Of a stretch of 64,000 bases of DNA, positions 46,178-60,450 are shown in pieces; position 1 is the first letter of the stretch; each line of letters opens with the position of its first letter. The notes under the pieces are model-generated. The model was not told the DNA's origin. It saw only the letters and a list, made by a program, of their open reading frames with translations, and did no database searches. Both the position numbers and the translations under genes were made by a program. The stretch comes from Schmidtea nova (lineage: Eukaryota): assembly GCA_044892505.1 (NCBI GenBank), contig CM097883.1, forward strand, positions 228,904,001 through 228,968,000. Direction: 5' to 3'.

Positions 46178-47199
46178 CTAAATATGGACACTTATTAATG
46201 TAAATTTAATGTAAATAAATTAATTTAATTATTCAGAATGTCATATTGGCCTTATGCATAAAGAAGCGATGGATGGTATATTTGTTTATTAGTAAATAAT
46301 TAAAATTCTTTCCTAATATTCAAAAAAATATAACAATTAAGCTCTGAAATATAAAAAGACCTCTTTTGGGGTTATAAGTAAAATATTATATTGTATATAA
46401 CAAATAAATGTTATAAAATATAATATAGTGTTACTAAATTTAAAATATTAAATGGGAACAGGAGTCGGACAATGATGAAAAATAACACTGTAAGACACAA
46501 ATCTCATTTAATTCGTAAAGAACATATGTAATTATTAAATCAATTCTCAATAGAATATTATTTCAACATTATTTTATCAAACCAATCATTTTAATTTTTT
46601 TTTTAATGTATAAGTTATAAATTTATGTGTTAAATACTTTTGCGATTTGGGCAGTTTTAAAACAAAAAAAATAAATTTAAAAATTAGAATTTATGTGTGT
46701 TTAACGAACACACATTTTATTTAATATAATTATTTTGTAAGTGGAGGTTTGCGAAAAGTTAATAGGATAATCTGTTTCCATTAATAATTTAATTCATCTT
46801 CATTTAGTTTTTTGAATATAATTGAAAACTAAATGAAGAAAAATAAAATATTATTTTTTTACGTTTTTAGCAGCTTTTTCAAACTGTTGGTTTGTTATAT
46901 ATTTTTAAAGATCGGTTCAAATATCTAACTTCTCTTTTTCTTTTATTAATCGAAAATCTTTAAAACCCAACACAGAATATTTTATTTGATTGCTCCCTAC
47001 AATTACAATTTGTCCTTGATATAAACTTGTTCAATTAATACAATTTACAATTTTCACTAATTTTCACTTTCTCTCGTTATCTGATAATAGTTTTTTCTGG
47101 TATGTTAATATTTTAATAAGTTTTATTAAAATCCTTTCTCACTTCCTTTTATTATCTTCTTCAGAACTCTGCACTTTAAAATTTTCTATTAATTTTAAA

Positions 47200-47760
47200 T
47201 CTTTTCGAACACTTGTTGTAATATTTTATGATTTTCACTTTCGACCAACTGGCGGTTCTTTTCTTTTCTGTTCCCTTTTTATAGGTTTATCGAAAGGCAA
47301 TTATCTAAATCTGGTCAACATTATTTGAAATTTTCTGGCCTAATTGACCCAACAACAAATTAAGTTGTTGATCTCTCGGGTGGATGTTATCCCTAATTTC
47401 TTCGCATAATCACCCGTCTTTGATCTCTCGGGTTTCTAATGCACTTCGGCTTTTTCTCATCGCTTGGGTTTCCCACTGTCTCAGGTTTTCCATTGGATCG
47501 GGCTTCCCATTGAGCGATTAATTAATTTGTTGTTTTTTTCAGTATAACTTTCGCTGGGTATCCCTCACGCAATTTTAATTACTAATTTTGAATTCGTCTT
47601 TTGATTCGGCGTTCAACCATACCAATTTCTACCGATGAATTTAATTTAAAATTTTTGATAAATTTTAATTAATTTTTTTCACTTTTACTTCTTTTGATAT
47701 TTGTTTTTGCTTTTACTGTTATTTCTTTCTACTTTTATGATTTTAATATCAATCCCAACC
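47200..47760 (-). repeat. LTR-like repeat, family A (copy 3)
   Basis: Shares ttgggatt...aaaatttatcaaaaa...aattggtatggttgaa...aattaatcgctcaat with 27656-28830. Boundaries are approximate. Confidence 0.6.
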
Positions 47761-48309
47761 ACACTCTCTGTTGGGTCATTATGTGTTATTGACGGAAAAC
47801 AAATGCTTTGTTGTCTATTTTGTAATTCATCAGTTTATATTTTAGAATAAAATATAGCGTATAAAGGACACGACATTCATTTAATAATCAGATTTGAAAA
47901 TATATTCAGCATGTCTTATTTAAAATATACGATAAAATAAATTCAATATATTAAAATATAGAACATTTGGAGAATTCTACTCAAAATTTTCGGAAAAATT
48001 TTTGGCATGATAAAAACCTGAAATAATTTGAACAGAGAGCATTTAAATCTTCAATTGTCACAATGAGATCACATTTAATTTGCTTAACAATTCTTGAATT
48101 TCAAAAAATTACAATATCTGAGATTTTCAGGATAAATATAAATTTTCAATTATTTCAAATACGAAACAACTCGACTAATATGCAAGCAAATTATCAATAA
48201 ATGTATAAATAATTAGTTTATGTTGAAATTGTGATAAATTCATTTTGATTATAACAAAATATTTAAAGATTTGCGTTCCGATAAATCTAAAAATATTGAT
48301 ATGCTCTAG

Positions 48310-49620
48310 CAGAGGGGTGGCCAACCCACGGTCTGGCGTGTATAATTTAGTGGCCTATAAAATTCAACTCGAATCAAACAAAAAACAAATCAAAGCTCAC
48401 AGAATTTAAGTCGCAATTTAAATGCTCAACAAAGAATATTTAAGTCAGCATTACAGAAACCATGTAATATTTTGAGGTAACTTATTCTATTTCATTCCTG
48501 ATTACAAAAAGAAATAAACTGTTTTTGGATGGGGAGTTTGTGAAAGAATGCTTTGAAGCTGTTGCAAAAAAATGCTTTTCCTGATAAAAACAAGTTATTT
48601 TCAAATATAAGTCTATCTCAACAAAAAATATATCGTCATGTTAACGATATTTCACATGAAATTGTCGCGAATCTGCAATCGAATTCGAGATTTCAAGTAT
48701 CTTTAACATTTGATGAAATTAAAAACAGCTCAACTTGTAGTATTTGTTTGTGGAATAAATGAATCATTACAAATATTCGAAGAAAAGTTAAACCTGATCA
48801 GTTTGAAAGATATTGCGATAGGAGAAGCTATTTCCTAGAATATTGTTAATTGTTTTTGCAAAAATAATTTGCGTTTGAAAAATCTAATTGATGGCTCACC
48901 AGCCATGATAGGCTATGATATTTTATAAAGGACTATAAAATTACTGATGAATACATTAGAATCAAACAACATCAAAACTGTGGATTTATTTATTATTCAG
49001 TTTGATTCATCAACAAGTTTCATGCGTCCAAGTATTATCAATAAATCATGTTATGCAAGCAGTAATAAAAAAGTGAATTATATTCGATCACACGCATCGA
49101 ATATTAAGGAAATTTTAAAAAATTGACTCTATATGGTGACATTGTATATTTAAGTCATGTCATGTAGTTAAGTCGTGGAAAATGTTTGCAAAGATTTTTG
49201 AGTTATGCTGAGAAATTTATTCATTTTTAAATGACAAGTAAAAATCAGTACCATAATTAAGTAAGAATGAGTGGTTGTTGGCTTTTTGCATTAGAAATCG
49301 TAGAAAACTTAATCAATTAAACTATATCAAAGCATTTCACAGAAATTATTGGTATTTGAATCTCAATTAGAAAATAATAATGTTCAACATTTTCTGTCAT
49401 TGAAAGAATTAAAAATTAGAATGTAACAAATTACTACAAATATGTCAAAAAATAAGAAAACTTATCTGTTTTTGACAGTCGCTTAACTAATTTAGACAAA
49501 CACAACAAAATATTTGAAAATTTTCCTCCTTTTTAAGTTGATATCGATCGGCTCAAAAATTCTGAAAACAGAACTATTTGACTTAGTGCAATAATAAATT
49601 AAAACTCATTTTTTTAAATA
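48310..49620 (+). mobile_element. decayed hAT (Charlie/Buster-like) transposon in Rab3 intron 2
   Basis: TIR-like cagaggggtggccaacc. Broken frames read DGEFVKEC..FPDKNKLFSNISLS..KI.RHV.DIS and SLTFDE. The right end was not located. Confidence 0.65.
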
Positions 49621-50909
49621 TGTTGGGTTATTGGGTTGTTGGGAAAGTTTAAAAATTACCAATCAAATTTCTGACTCCGAATGCGTGATTTATTAATCAA
49701 TAAAATAACAATTAGAACAGGAATCTTTATTGATACCACAACTGGTTTCAGAATTACACTGGTACACTCAATTAATAACCTTTGGCAATTATACAGTGCT
49801 TATCACAACACTTATGTGAGGAATAGTTCTTGTGTATAATCTCTGTCTAACGATCACCAACTACTGATTTAGATTTAATATTTAGATTTAATTACTTGTT
49901 TTCTTTGCTTTGACTTGAAAACCGGCTTACAAACTTTATATATAAATTTCACAATAGTTAATCTCCAATAAATTTTCATTAATCAATTCCTCAATAAACT
50001 TTTCTCTACCAATTTCTTGATGATTTCTTGTCATAAAACTTCTTTTGCAAATTCTTGCCGTAATACTTCTCCGCAAACTTCTCCACAAACATCTGTCTAA
50101 AACTGTTGTCTTTCTATTTTTATAGTTTGCCATTCTCCGGCACTTGTGATGATTGGCTGGCATTTCCAATTTTCTTTTTTAGCTCCCGTGTTACTCATAG
50201 TCTTAGACACTCGGGATAATTTGCTTTTTCCTTTTTGTCTCTGGCATTTCCCAATTTTTTTCATTTATCGAGTTATCTCTGACAACTGTCAAGATACCGG
50301 TTTTGTTTTTGTTTTCGTTTTTGAATTTCTGAATTCCAATTTTGTTTTCTTGCACTTATTAATTATAAGTGACCTTTCTCTGTTTTATTGTTTCATTTCT
50401 TTTATTTTGTTACCCTTTCCTCATTTCTCAATTTTTGCTTTTCCGTTTTCTTCTCCTAGCTCCAGAATGCTCTCTCAATCCCCCTATCGGTTTTCCCATA
50501 AGTTATTCAAATTATCTATAATATTATTTATTATTTAGGTATCCTCAACAAATATCAAAATTAAATAAAATTTTTATTATACATGTCACAAAGGAAAAAA
50601 ATTGTAATTTGAGACATCTGGCACAAAACTTTCTGAGCGCTTTTAGATTAACTTACTTCTACGAATCGTTCTTTTCAAAAATGGAATTCACGAAACAAAT
50701 CACGCGTATCTTGTGTGACAAAATCTGCAACATAAACTACGATATGCAAATACAAATATTGAGATCGACTTGAAAAAGCTGAGTGAAAGAAAAGAGAAAC
50801 TGATTGTTTTATTGATTGTTACCGTTATAATTATGTGTATAATTATACATATTTAACTGTTTTGTTTCTTTATGAATAATAAACACACTAATTATGATTT
50901 ATTCTGTTT

Positions 50910-50914
<5 letters not shown>

Positions 50915-51003
<89 letters not shown>
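50915..51003. repeat. (TA)n microsatellite
   Basis: Directly visible. Confidence 0.95.
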
Positions 51004-51007
<4 letters not shown>

Positions 51008-53292
51008 TCTTTGGGATTGTAATGCATTACCAAAGTGACTCTAGCAGCCAAAGTTTGTGTGTTTTGTGGTGAGAGATAATGTAATTAATATAATATTCCT
51101 TATTAAAGATGTCTAATGAAAATAAGCTTTTTACAAAGCTAAATGTACTTAGTCCATTTTTAAGGTACAAAAGCATTTATTCTTTGTGAACAAAATTAAA
51201 TGAATCCCAATACGTTGACTACTTGCAATACATTTGTTGACTCCTTATTGTAGGACGATAAATAATATTTGGATTAATTTATTTTAAATTTTGTTTCAAC
51301 GATAGAAAAATAATTATCATATTAACATCAATAAAATTCTGTTATGATTAATAAAAAATGCCTGCCGTCATATGGCGCTGCCCTATTTCAAGAATAGGTG
51401 TGTCGTATGACAATAAAAATGTTAACCAAGGAATTATGGATAGTTTTATGAAATGGCATTAATTTACTTTTAATTCATTTTGATAAAACTAACAATAACT
51501 TTGTGAATAATTTAAATTTTTTAGTCTATAACCTTATAAAAGAGGAGAAATTGAAAAATGTCCATTATGAGTGAAATTGATAGAAAATTATACTGATAGA
51601 ATGCCAATTTTGGAAATAATTTCAACATTCAATTATAATTTGCACAAATGCGGAAAGTCATAATAATTGATAACGCCCAAGTTCGTGTCTAAATTTATGT
51701 ATTATTTCAGTTCTTTTTTATTGAATATTAAGCTGGTAAGAAGCCGAGGCAGACGAAATGTGTTATTGAAAGTCATAAGCTAGAATCTAGCGAAAAGTTA
51801 GTTGAAATTCTTCTCACTTTGAAAAAATACATTTGTTTGCCACGACAAACACAGCACAATTATTGCTAATGGTGGTATTGTACAAATAAATGAGGAGTGT
51901 GAAAAAATTTGGTACATCAAAAACTATTATTTCATTAAAAAGAAAAGCAATAATGTTTTTTAGATATTTTTAACCGTTTTTTATGACCATTGTTAAAATA
52001 TATACAATTATAAGCATAATAATTCATAGAAACACACTTCTGGATAATAACTAGTAATAACTTTGACAACTTGCTCAATAAATAAAAAATTCATCTGGAA
52101 ATGATGAAAAACATATAAACTCCTTGTATTAACCAGCTTCCGTTTCAAAGAGACCAGCATCCAAAATTAAAAGTAATCAAAATGACTACTTCCGCCTTTA
52201 AAGTGTCAAAGAGGACTTTTAATTTTTTTATATTATTTCATATTGTAGTGTAAATATTTAATGCTTTTCTTTGTTTCAACATTTATTGACAGAACTTGTA
52301 TCAAATACTAAAAATACTCCTAAATGCATTAATTAAATTAAGCGTGCCAGATTTAAATGATCCGAAAGCTTGACATTTCTTTGTTTTGGAGATACCGAGA
52401 AGATCAATGAATAACATTTTGAGAAATAAAGTTATGGATAAAAAATGTATTTTTATTTAGAAAAATAGAATTTAAATAATTTATTAATATTTTATAATAA
52501 ATTTTACAACGAACTTCAAAGCTTTATGAATTCTCGTGTGTTCAGATAATTTTTACTTAATATTTTATTTTCGGAAATTTTCATTATTCATGAACACTAT
52601 AGATCAAATATTATTTTGTTAACCCTTTCCTATCCTTTGTCTGTAAAAAAATGACTTTTTTTTGACATTTTTTTATATAAACCTAAGTAAATAATTTGGA
52701 AGGATGTCTAAGCGTTTGCGTGGTGAAGAAGTGTTTTTTGAACTTTTTTTAAAATTTTATTAGGATAGGAACGGGCGGGACACATAAAATAAAGAAGATA
52801 GGAAAGAATTTCTAAATAATTTCTAAATAACAAAATTAGCATTTTCAGCAAAATTTTATTATGTGAAAATTCTGCAGCAAAGGCTTTATTTGTTATTTAT
52901 TTAATATTTAATTAATGCTGCTACCAAGAAACCATTATTTTATATACTAATTTTTGGCATAGCCTTTTTCAAGGGTGTACTTTAAAAAAAATTGATCTAG
53001 TCTTTATAAAAAAATGAAAATTTCTGAAATAGAAACGAAATGATCAAAAGTGAAAAGAAGACATATTAATGATTATTATTTTTAATTGCACCAGTAATTA
53101 ATAACATTTTTAAAATAGGATTTTAAATATCGGATGACGGGAAAATATGATGGTGGAAAAAAGTTTAAAAAAGAAAAACGAACAACACAAAAAGGATTAA
53201 GTGCGGTAAAAGAATATGTCTGATCGGTTTTATCTAGAGAAGAAAATTCAAAAAATTCTTTTATTTAAATTAAATGAAAAACTTAAACATAC

Positions 53293-53411
53293 CAGTCTTG
53301 AACTGCATTGAATGATTCTTCATTTGCAATGTCATACATTAGAATAAACCCCATTGCTCCTCGATAATACGCTGTTGTGATAGTGCGATATCGTTCTTGA
53401 CCGGCAGTGTC
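53293..53411 (-). CDS. Rab3: Rab3 coding exon 2
   Basis: ttag|GAC ACT GCC GGT CAA GAA...GAC TG|gtatgt; [39 protein letters not shown](W); 119 nt. Confidence 0.97.
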
Positions 53412-53759
53412 CTAACAATAACAAAAATTATAAAGTCACGTGATAAATGAAAAACTAAAGAATTCTCATAAAAAAACAATAATATAAAGGGTTTGAAATA
53501 TACTTTAATTTGTATTAAATAAAAATTTATTTTTTTATTATCTTGTTATCCAGAAACGAAGACCCTTCTAAGGGTATAAAGTAGAAAAATAAATGTTTTA
53601 CTTTTATTTAGTCAATATTCAACTCAGACTTATGAAATTTATACAAAAAAACCTTTTCAGAAAAAAACAGGAAATGCAAATCTCATCAAATTTTTAAACA
53701 TTAAAAGCTTTCTATTGCTTTTCAATCATCATATTCAAAAGACTTTTTACCTTGTTAAA

Positions 53760-55260
53760 AATATAAAGTTCATTGATTCATGCCAGTTTGTAAATTAATC
53801 TTTGGCGTGTGCGGGAACAATACAGAACTCAAAAGGTATTTTCCTTATAATTTTGCCACAAGGCTTGAAGTTCTGCAAGAAACTAGAGAGCTACCACCAG
53901 TTTGGGAAGGAGTTACACAAGCAGAATATGATAAAGCAGTCAACATATGGGCTGAAACTGAATGTGCAACATTGCTGGACTATATGATGATATATCTGAA
54001 GTTAGATGTATATCTGTCAGCAGATTACTTTCAACAATTCAGAACTAAATCATTAACTTATAATGGATTGGAACCATTAACTTTTTTTTTTTAAACTTTT
54101 TTTTAATTCCAGGAATGACGTGGGCATCGGCTTTGATGTCACTGGATAGACCTATTGAATTGTTACAATACAATGAAATATATAATTATTATGAATCCGG
54201 GATTCGAGGAATTATGACTTTTGTTAACAAACATCAAGTCAAGAGAAAAGAAAATAGAGTTATTATATATAGATATAAATAACTTGTACGGGTGGGCGCT
54301 TAGTCAGAGCTTACCATAAGGAAACTTTCAGTGGGTCCATGAAGATTTGGAAAATATATTAGAAGAATGAAAATTGTCTGACCTTGAAAATCTTTCATAC
54401 GGATATATATTAGAAGTTGACATGAATATTCCAGATGAAATTCATGATTTTTTGGATGACTTGCCCGTTGCACCAGAGAGGATGTGTTTAGAAGGAACAA
54501 AAGTACCAAAACTTTTGCTGGCACATTACCCGAAGAAAAACTATGTAATTCATTGGAAGCTATTAAAATTGTATGACTTTGGGTGCGGAATTTACAACTA
54601 TTCATCGGGCAATCAAATTTAAACAATCTTCAGTTTTCAAGCAGTATGTGGAGGCCAACACAAAACTACATCCGAACTGGAAAAAGGATATTATAAGTTG
54701 TTAAACAATAGCTTATATGGCAAATCGGTTGAGAATTTAAAGAAGCTGATAAATTTAAGGTTATACAATTCTCAAAAAAGATCTTAACATATTCGTCAAA
54801 ACTGACTTTAAGGAGAAGCATAAAGATTGCAGATGATTTAATATCCACACTTATGAATCAAGAGTGTGTATGTTTGGATAGACCTTCATATATTGTACAA
54901 TAAGTTTTAGACCTATCCAAACTACGAATGTATGAGCTTCAGTATATAGAGCTTCAAAAATATCGACAACAATACAATTGTGAGATATAAGTTTAAGGAC
55001 GAAATTAAAGGCGTCTTATTGACGAGTACATATTTCTTCGACCAAAACTATATAGTCTTTTAGGTGGTTCGAAGAAAACCATTAGAACCGAAGGTATTAG
55101 ATTAAATGAAACAGAGATAAATGATCAATCATACATTAATTGTTTTAACGGAATTGAAATACCTAAAGTTATACAAACGAGACTGGGTCCAAAAATCATC
55201 AACGACATACGTTTAAAACAACAAAGGTGGCTCCAACAAATAAGGATGATAAAATGGTCT
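53760..55260 (+). pseudogene. Maverick pPolB, C-terminal two-thirds
   Basis: YFPY, YLKLDV...AD.F..FR, PGMTW.SAL, YIDINNLYG.ALS..LP, GYILEVD, KNYVIH, YKLLNNSLYGKS.EN and RPKLYS. Confidence 0.85.
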
Positions 55261-55619
55261 GGATGGGGCCGAAGAAAAGTTTTGTGCGTGGACATTATTG
55301 TATAAATATTCTTGATAGTGATGATAATATGTTTGCATGAGTAAGTGATAAAATTTATCAATCAACAAATATTTTCAAACAATTGCTATTTTGAAATCAT
55401 CATCATCATCAACTATTTTATTTATATTCTGACATTTATGTAAATGTTTGTTATTAGTTTCGTGTTAATATTAAGAAATGTTGTTATAGTTATTTAAGAA
55501 AACTTGTATAGAAGCTATGTTATTTTAATTACTTTGTAAAATAAAGAAATCAAAACATTAACTAACATTTATTAAAGATAAAACACAACCAAACAATAAA
55601 ATATTGTCCGCGAGTAATT

Positions 55620-56660
55620 GTTAACGGATCTTGAAATCTTATTTTATTATATAAAATAGGTTTTGGTTACTTCGAAAGCTTTGAAACCAAGAGCAATCGA
55701 TAATAATAACCCATAGGATCAAATACGTGAATCTTTTCAGGTTTCACATAAATGACTAACCAATGTTCTCCGCCAAAACTGAAGAAATGAGTATTTACAA
55801 TAATGACATTGCTATTATCGAGAAAAAAAGATAATCACGATAATCAGAGTTCTTCGATAAAGTTAATGATGTTATACAGAAATGGTAAAATTTTGAGCTT
55901 GTTTCTGTATATGAACCGGTATATTGAGCTTCTGATTGAAAGGTTACAAGAATAACATTTGGCAAACGTTTATCTCCAAATATTTTTTCTTTATAAAATA
56001 ATGAAGAACCTTTGCTTATTGCAAATGCAACAATTTCTTTTGTTTTGATGGGATAGATTGCATGATGTTAATTGAGACCTACTTGATGACCTACCAACAC
56101 TGATGATTCAACTCTTACTCGACGCACCATTAATTTCGTATCAACCAATTGATATTTTGGCGCTCCTCCTGCAACAGTTGTATCCAAACAAAACTTTGAT
56201 TTTGATCTCTTTAGACGAATTTTAACATTAACACCGGGAATCAAATATTTGGGTTGATGCATAAAATTTAATTGTAATGATTAACACATTGAAAACAATC
56301 TTAATTTTGAAATCTAAGAATTTATTTCAATCAAAGCTGTTTGTGAATATGTGTTGTTTCCCCCTTCGATCTTGATATTATTAAATCCCAGTATGACATC
56401 TTTAAATAGAGTATGAAACATGAAGTTTCTCGGTACCACATTTACACCATCAGTCAAAAGTGTGTCATCGAAATATTCTGTTTGAGATCCAATAATATAA
56501 AATTCAACGTCGTTTCTCGAATAGGTAATTGAGTTCATGGGAAACTTATTTTTAAATGCACTATGTCCAATTACTACTTGAGGTGATCGATAATCAAAAA
56601 TACACAATTCAGTTTTCAAACACAAACCATTTTCAAATATGGTTCCATGACCTTTCCATT
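55620..56660 (-). pseudogene. Maverick major capsid protein (double jelly-roll)
   Basis: CLKTELCIF...PQVVI, VEFYI.G....Y.D, P.N...HTLFKDV....N, QPKYLIPGVNVKIRLKRS..F.L and LMVRRV.V. Confidence 0.8.
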
Positions 56661-57049
56661 GTTAGTCTATAAGAAACCTTTGACGTTTACGAGGTTTTGA
56701 TATATTTGTTTTTCTGGTTCACCTTTTTTGACTTAGGAAATATTTTTACAATTTCATCTATTACATGTCTTTTCAAAGTTGGGAGTATTTTCTAATCTTT
56801 CATAATCACATCCTTTACTGTTTTCATACCAAAATCACCAATAATTTTAAGTATAGGAATTGGAAACCTTCCAACTGTTCGCAGCAAACCGGATACATAT
56901 TGCTTTCCAACCAAATATGATAATTTTCCACCAGTTTGACTACCACTATACAACGAAACAATGTCAGGATTAGATATTCATCTTTTTTTTAAATGTAAAG
57001 TCAAATGAGTTTTTGAATATTTGGGAAAGTTTATTAATTTTTTATGTAA

Positions 57050-57994
57050 TCATCGTTTATATTAATTTCTATATTTTTTAATATTGTTTTGATGTTCTAA
57101 AATATAAATACATGAGATTTTCAATCTGTATTTGAACCACTTCAACCTGTTCATGTTTTTCAATCCATGCTGTTTTCATTAGAGGAATGTTTACATCACC
57201 AACAACGACATATTCTACAATATTACTATAAATGAACAATTGTTGATGAAGTTAAATTATTTTGGGTTTTGTTGTTCTTTCATTAACTTGACCATTTTGG
57301 AAATATGTTTCTTTTGATAATCTTAATGTTTTTACCAAATTCGACTCAAATTTCACTTGACTAATTTTAGAATTTATTTGGAATTAAAAAAAAACTTTTC
57401 TTTTTCTAATTCGACTAGTAAAAATCTTGTGTTAAATAAGCTTGTAATTGATCAAGATCTGTATGTATAATTCATCTTTAAAGGTATACACATGTTCAGA
57501 TATTTAATTGTACAATAGTTTAAATTTGAATTTCACTATCGTTTCGTTTTTCGGAAGAGTATCAAGTTCAATTTTCACTGTTTCATCAAATATGTCACGC
57601 AATAGCGTAAATCCAAGACGTTTTGCATCGGCTAACGTTTCAAATAAAATTTAAAATGTCTTCTTCAAACATTTTATGTACAAATATTTACCTTTTTTAT
57701 ATATAATCGCATTTGCATCTGTTTGATTCACTATTTCACATTGACCTATAATTATTTTTACTTTAATATTTTCTGATATTAATTGCTTTTGAATATATTC
57801 TATCTTGAATTTATTGTAAAATGTAAAAAGAGATTATATGCAAATTAAAAGTCCAACAACGCCACCTCCCAATTTCCGTTCAAATAGATTGGATTTTGAA
57901 GTTCATCCATAAATTTACTAGCCTCATTATTATGATGAATTAGAGGACAACTATTGCTTGGTAAGATCAAGATAAAACTACTTTTATTCATTTT
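57050..57994 (-). pseudogene. Maverick minor capsid (penton) protein
   Basis: FILILPSNS.....NN.AS.F...L.NPIYLNGNWEVAL at the N-terminus and VVGDV..PL near the C-terminus. Confidence 0.75.
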
Positions 57995-58019
57995 AATTGA
58001 GATTCTAATGTCCGAGTAG

Positions 58020-59007
58020 GGTTTGAATAAACATGCCATTTGACGTAATATTGTTTATATTTACCTATTCATTTTGCCTTTAGAAATTTTTGTATTCTAA
58101 AATATGTTGGCTTTGGAATAACTTTCAATTCTTGCTCATAATATTTCCCGATTATTTCGTTGTTATTGTAATCTTTAATGACATACATTAAAGAGCTCTG
58201 TTCGGTATTAATTTTTGAAATTTGAAAAAATTCATCGGTCCAATTGTTGTCAAAGTTCTTAATGAATGGAGAAGCACTAATTTTTGGTGTCCTTACATAA
58301 TTGTTGATTTTATATTTTGGTTTCTTTAATTTCAGGATTTGTCGTGATATCTACAATTTTACTTGATTATCATTTGAAACATCAACTGGTCTCAATCTGT
58401 TTAAACTGCGACGGGATTAATTATTATATGAATGAATTGGTTTTGTTAAAACATGTATCCTTGTTTTATTACCTTGATGCATGAATTATTTTTTCAATTT
58501 ACCTCTCAATGTACGATTAAAACGTTCGAAATGTTCTGCCTTGTACTGTGAATGTGCCATATAGTGATAAACATGATTTTCTTTCAGATTTTCTTTATTA
58601 TACTGTTGTAGATCTTTACTCAAATCAGTTTGCAAACTATCAGGATGTCCATCATCAAATAAAGTTTTGATTGCTTGAGCTATTTCATTGGCAGATTTAG
58701 TTTTAACAGGTATAGCTCTCGAAAATCGACTTAACACGTCAATGCACGTCAAAATAGACTTATAGCCTTTGTTGATAGTTGAATATGGAATCATCTCCAT
58801 AAAACCCAATTGCCAAGAATGATCAATGAGAAATGTTTTATATGCTCTTGTTGGAAATCTTTTTAACATTTGTTTGTTCAAACTATATGCAAGTTGGTTT
58901 GATAACCAATTTTGTGTTTCATCTTTTGATTTCTTGACTGATTTCTGCAGTCTGTCAACTCCGCCGAAGGTTGCTGAGACTTCTTGATTTGTTCTGATTT
59001 TCTCCAT
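58020..59007 (-). pseudogene. Maverick retroviral-like integrase
   Basis: FGGVDRL, W.....AYSL.K..., LTCIDVLSRF..A.PVKTK, LQTD, ERFNRTL, then NWTDEFFQI and GKYYEQEL. Confidence 0.85.
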
Positions 59008-59287
59008 TGGAACAATTTTAATTAAAATCTAGTTTGAAATTCGGTAATGAAGGAGTAGCATCCATTGTTTATGAACTTGGTTTTCTTAATAAACCTTCTC
59101 CGCCTATAATGATAATGCAAGAAGCAATAGTGCAGCAATAAATCCCCAATGTTTTTTATCCATAATCTTTCTCATTTGCTTCTTATTATTACTATTTACA
59201 AGAGATAAAAGAGATTTCTTGTGTTTTTTTCAAAATTTGTTTCTTTGTAATGCTAATATTTACCTTGCCATATACAACATTCATTAT

Positions 59288-59493
59288 TATTAATATCAAT
59301 AATTCCCATAATAGTAAGACTATAGATCAAAATTTCTTTAAATAAGTACACAATATTTCGGCACAGCCTTTATCAAGTGTATATTACTCAAGTGTGATAC
59401 ACACTTGATAAAGGCTGTGCCGAAATATTGTGTGCTTATTTAAAGAAATTTTGATCTATAGTCTTACCATTATGGGAATTATTGATATTAATA
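59288..59493. repeat. 206-bp near-perfect fold-back (93-bp arms, about 20-nt loop)
   Basis: 59288-59380 pairs with 59401-59493; two mismatches were seen. Confidence 0.92.
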
Positions 59494-59899
59494 TTAGAAA
59501 AAGATCAAATGTGAAACAAAAAGATAATTATGATATTCATTATTATGTCCAGTAAATAATCAATCACAAATGTAGGAAATGGTTGTAAAATTGTGATTCT
59601 CGCTTGTTTTTGAAGCTTTTAGCAATGAAGTAAAATACAATGAACTCAGTGGAATCTTGACTTGCTTAGATCTTTTGAATTCCTTGGGTTTTTGTTTGGA
59701 TAATGGAAACTCTTTTGGTTCTGTGTAACTAGTTTTTTGTAAAAGTTTATTTGACATTTTTTTCTTAAATTGTTTTTTAATCAATTTCTTTAAATTTCTT
59801 TTCTTTGAAGGTTTGACAATTATTTTTCTATTTATTATTAATATTTCTATTTGATCAACTTTGTTTATATACTGTTGTTCCGTTTTCGTTAAAAATATA

Positions 59900-60450
59900 T
59901 GTTCGAACTCGTAAATCGTCTGAACAATTTTGAACAAGTATAGAAATAAATAACCATGCGGAATTTTAGTTGAATCTTGAAATGTTTCAAGTAAAAATTT
60001 TCTATTGTTTGTATATGCTTATCTTGCTAGAAAATCGATAACTGTTACATCCCTTGGGTTTTTAAAAATTACTAGATAATGTATATTTAAATTACGAGTT
60101 TTATGATTTACTCCTTGATTGAACAGGTTTCGAGTTATAAATATGACAGTAACTCCAATATGTCTAGAAATCTTTGTAAACAAATTATTAAATTATTTTT
60201 CTTTGCTGGCTTCTTGATACAAATCATCATTGATTATAATGTCTCTCTTTTGTAAACGTTTGTTCTAATCTTTATCAAATACTTTGATAATTTTCATTCT
60301 GTTTGTGTTAATCATTTTTCAAACTCCGAACCCTTGTACCAATATATTTTGTTGAATTTTTCAACAAAAAGATTAGACTGCAATAATTTACATACAAAAA
60401 GTGTTTTACCACTACCACTCGGTCAAAAAATTTGAGCAGAAAGAGTATTT
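59900..60450 (-). pseudogene. Maverick packaging ATPase
   Basis: (G->*)PSGSGKT Walker A near 60400-60423, IIINDDL Walker B, SRH, NLFNQG and FKNPRD. Confidence 0.85.

Larger units (their letters stand above)
53750..60450. mobile_element. decayed Maverick/Polinton in Rab3 intron 1
   Basis: pPolB (+) converges on MCP, a core-like ORF, minor capsid, integrase and ATPase (all -). All genes are fragmented. No TIRs were found. Confidence 0.88.

Noticed and set aside
52619-52775. TTAA-CCCTTTCCTATCC ... GGATAGGAACGGG as a piggyBac-like mini element
   Set aside because: The right end lacks TTAA and the match is only 13 bp, which is too weak to call.
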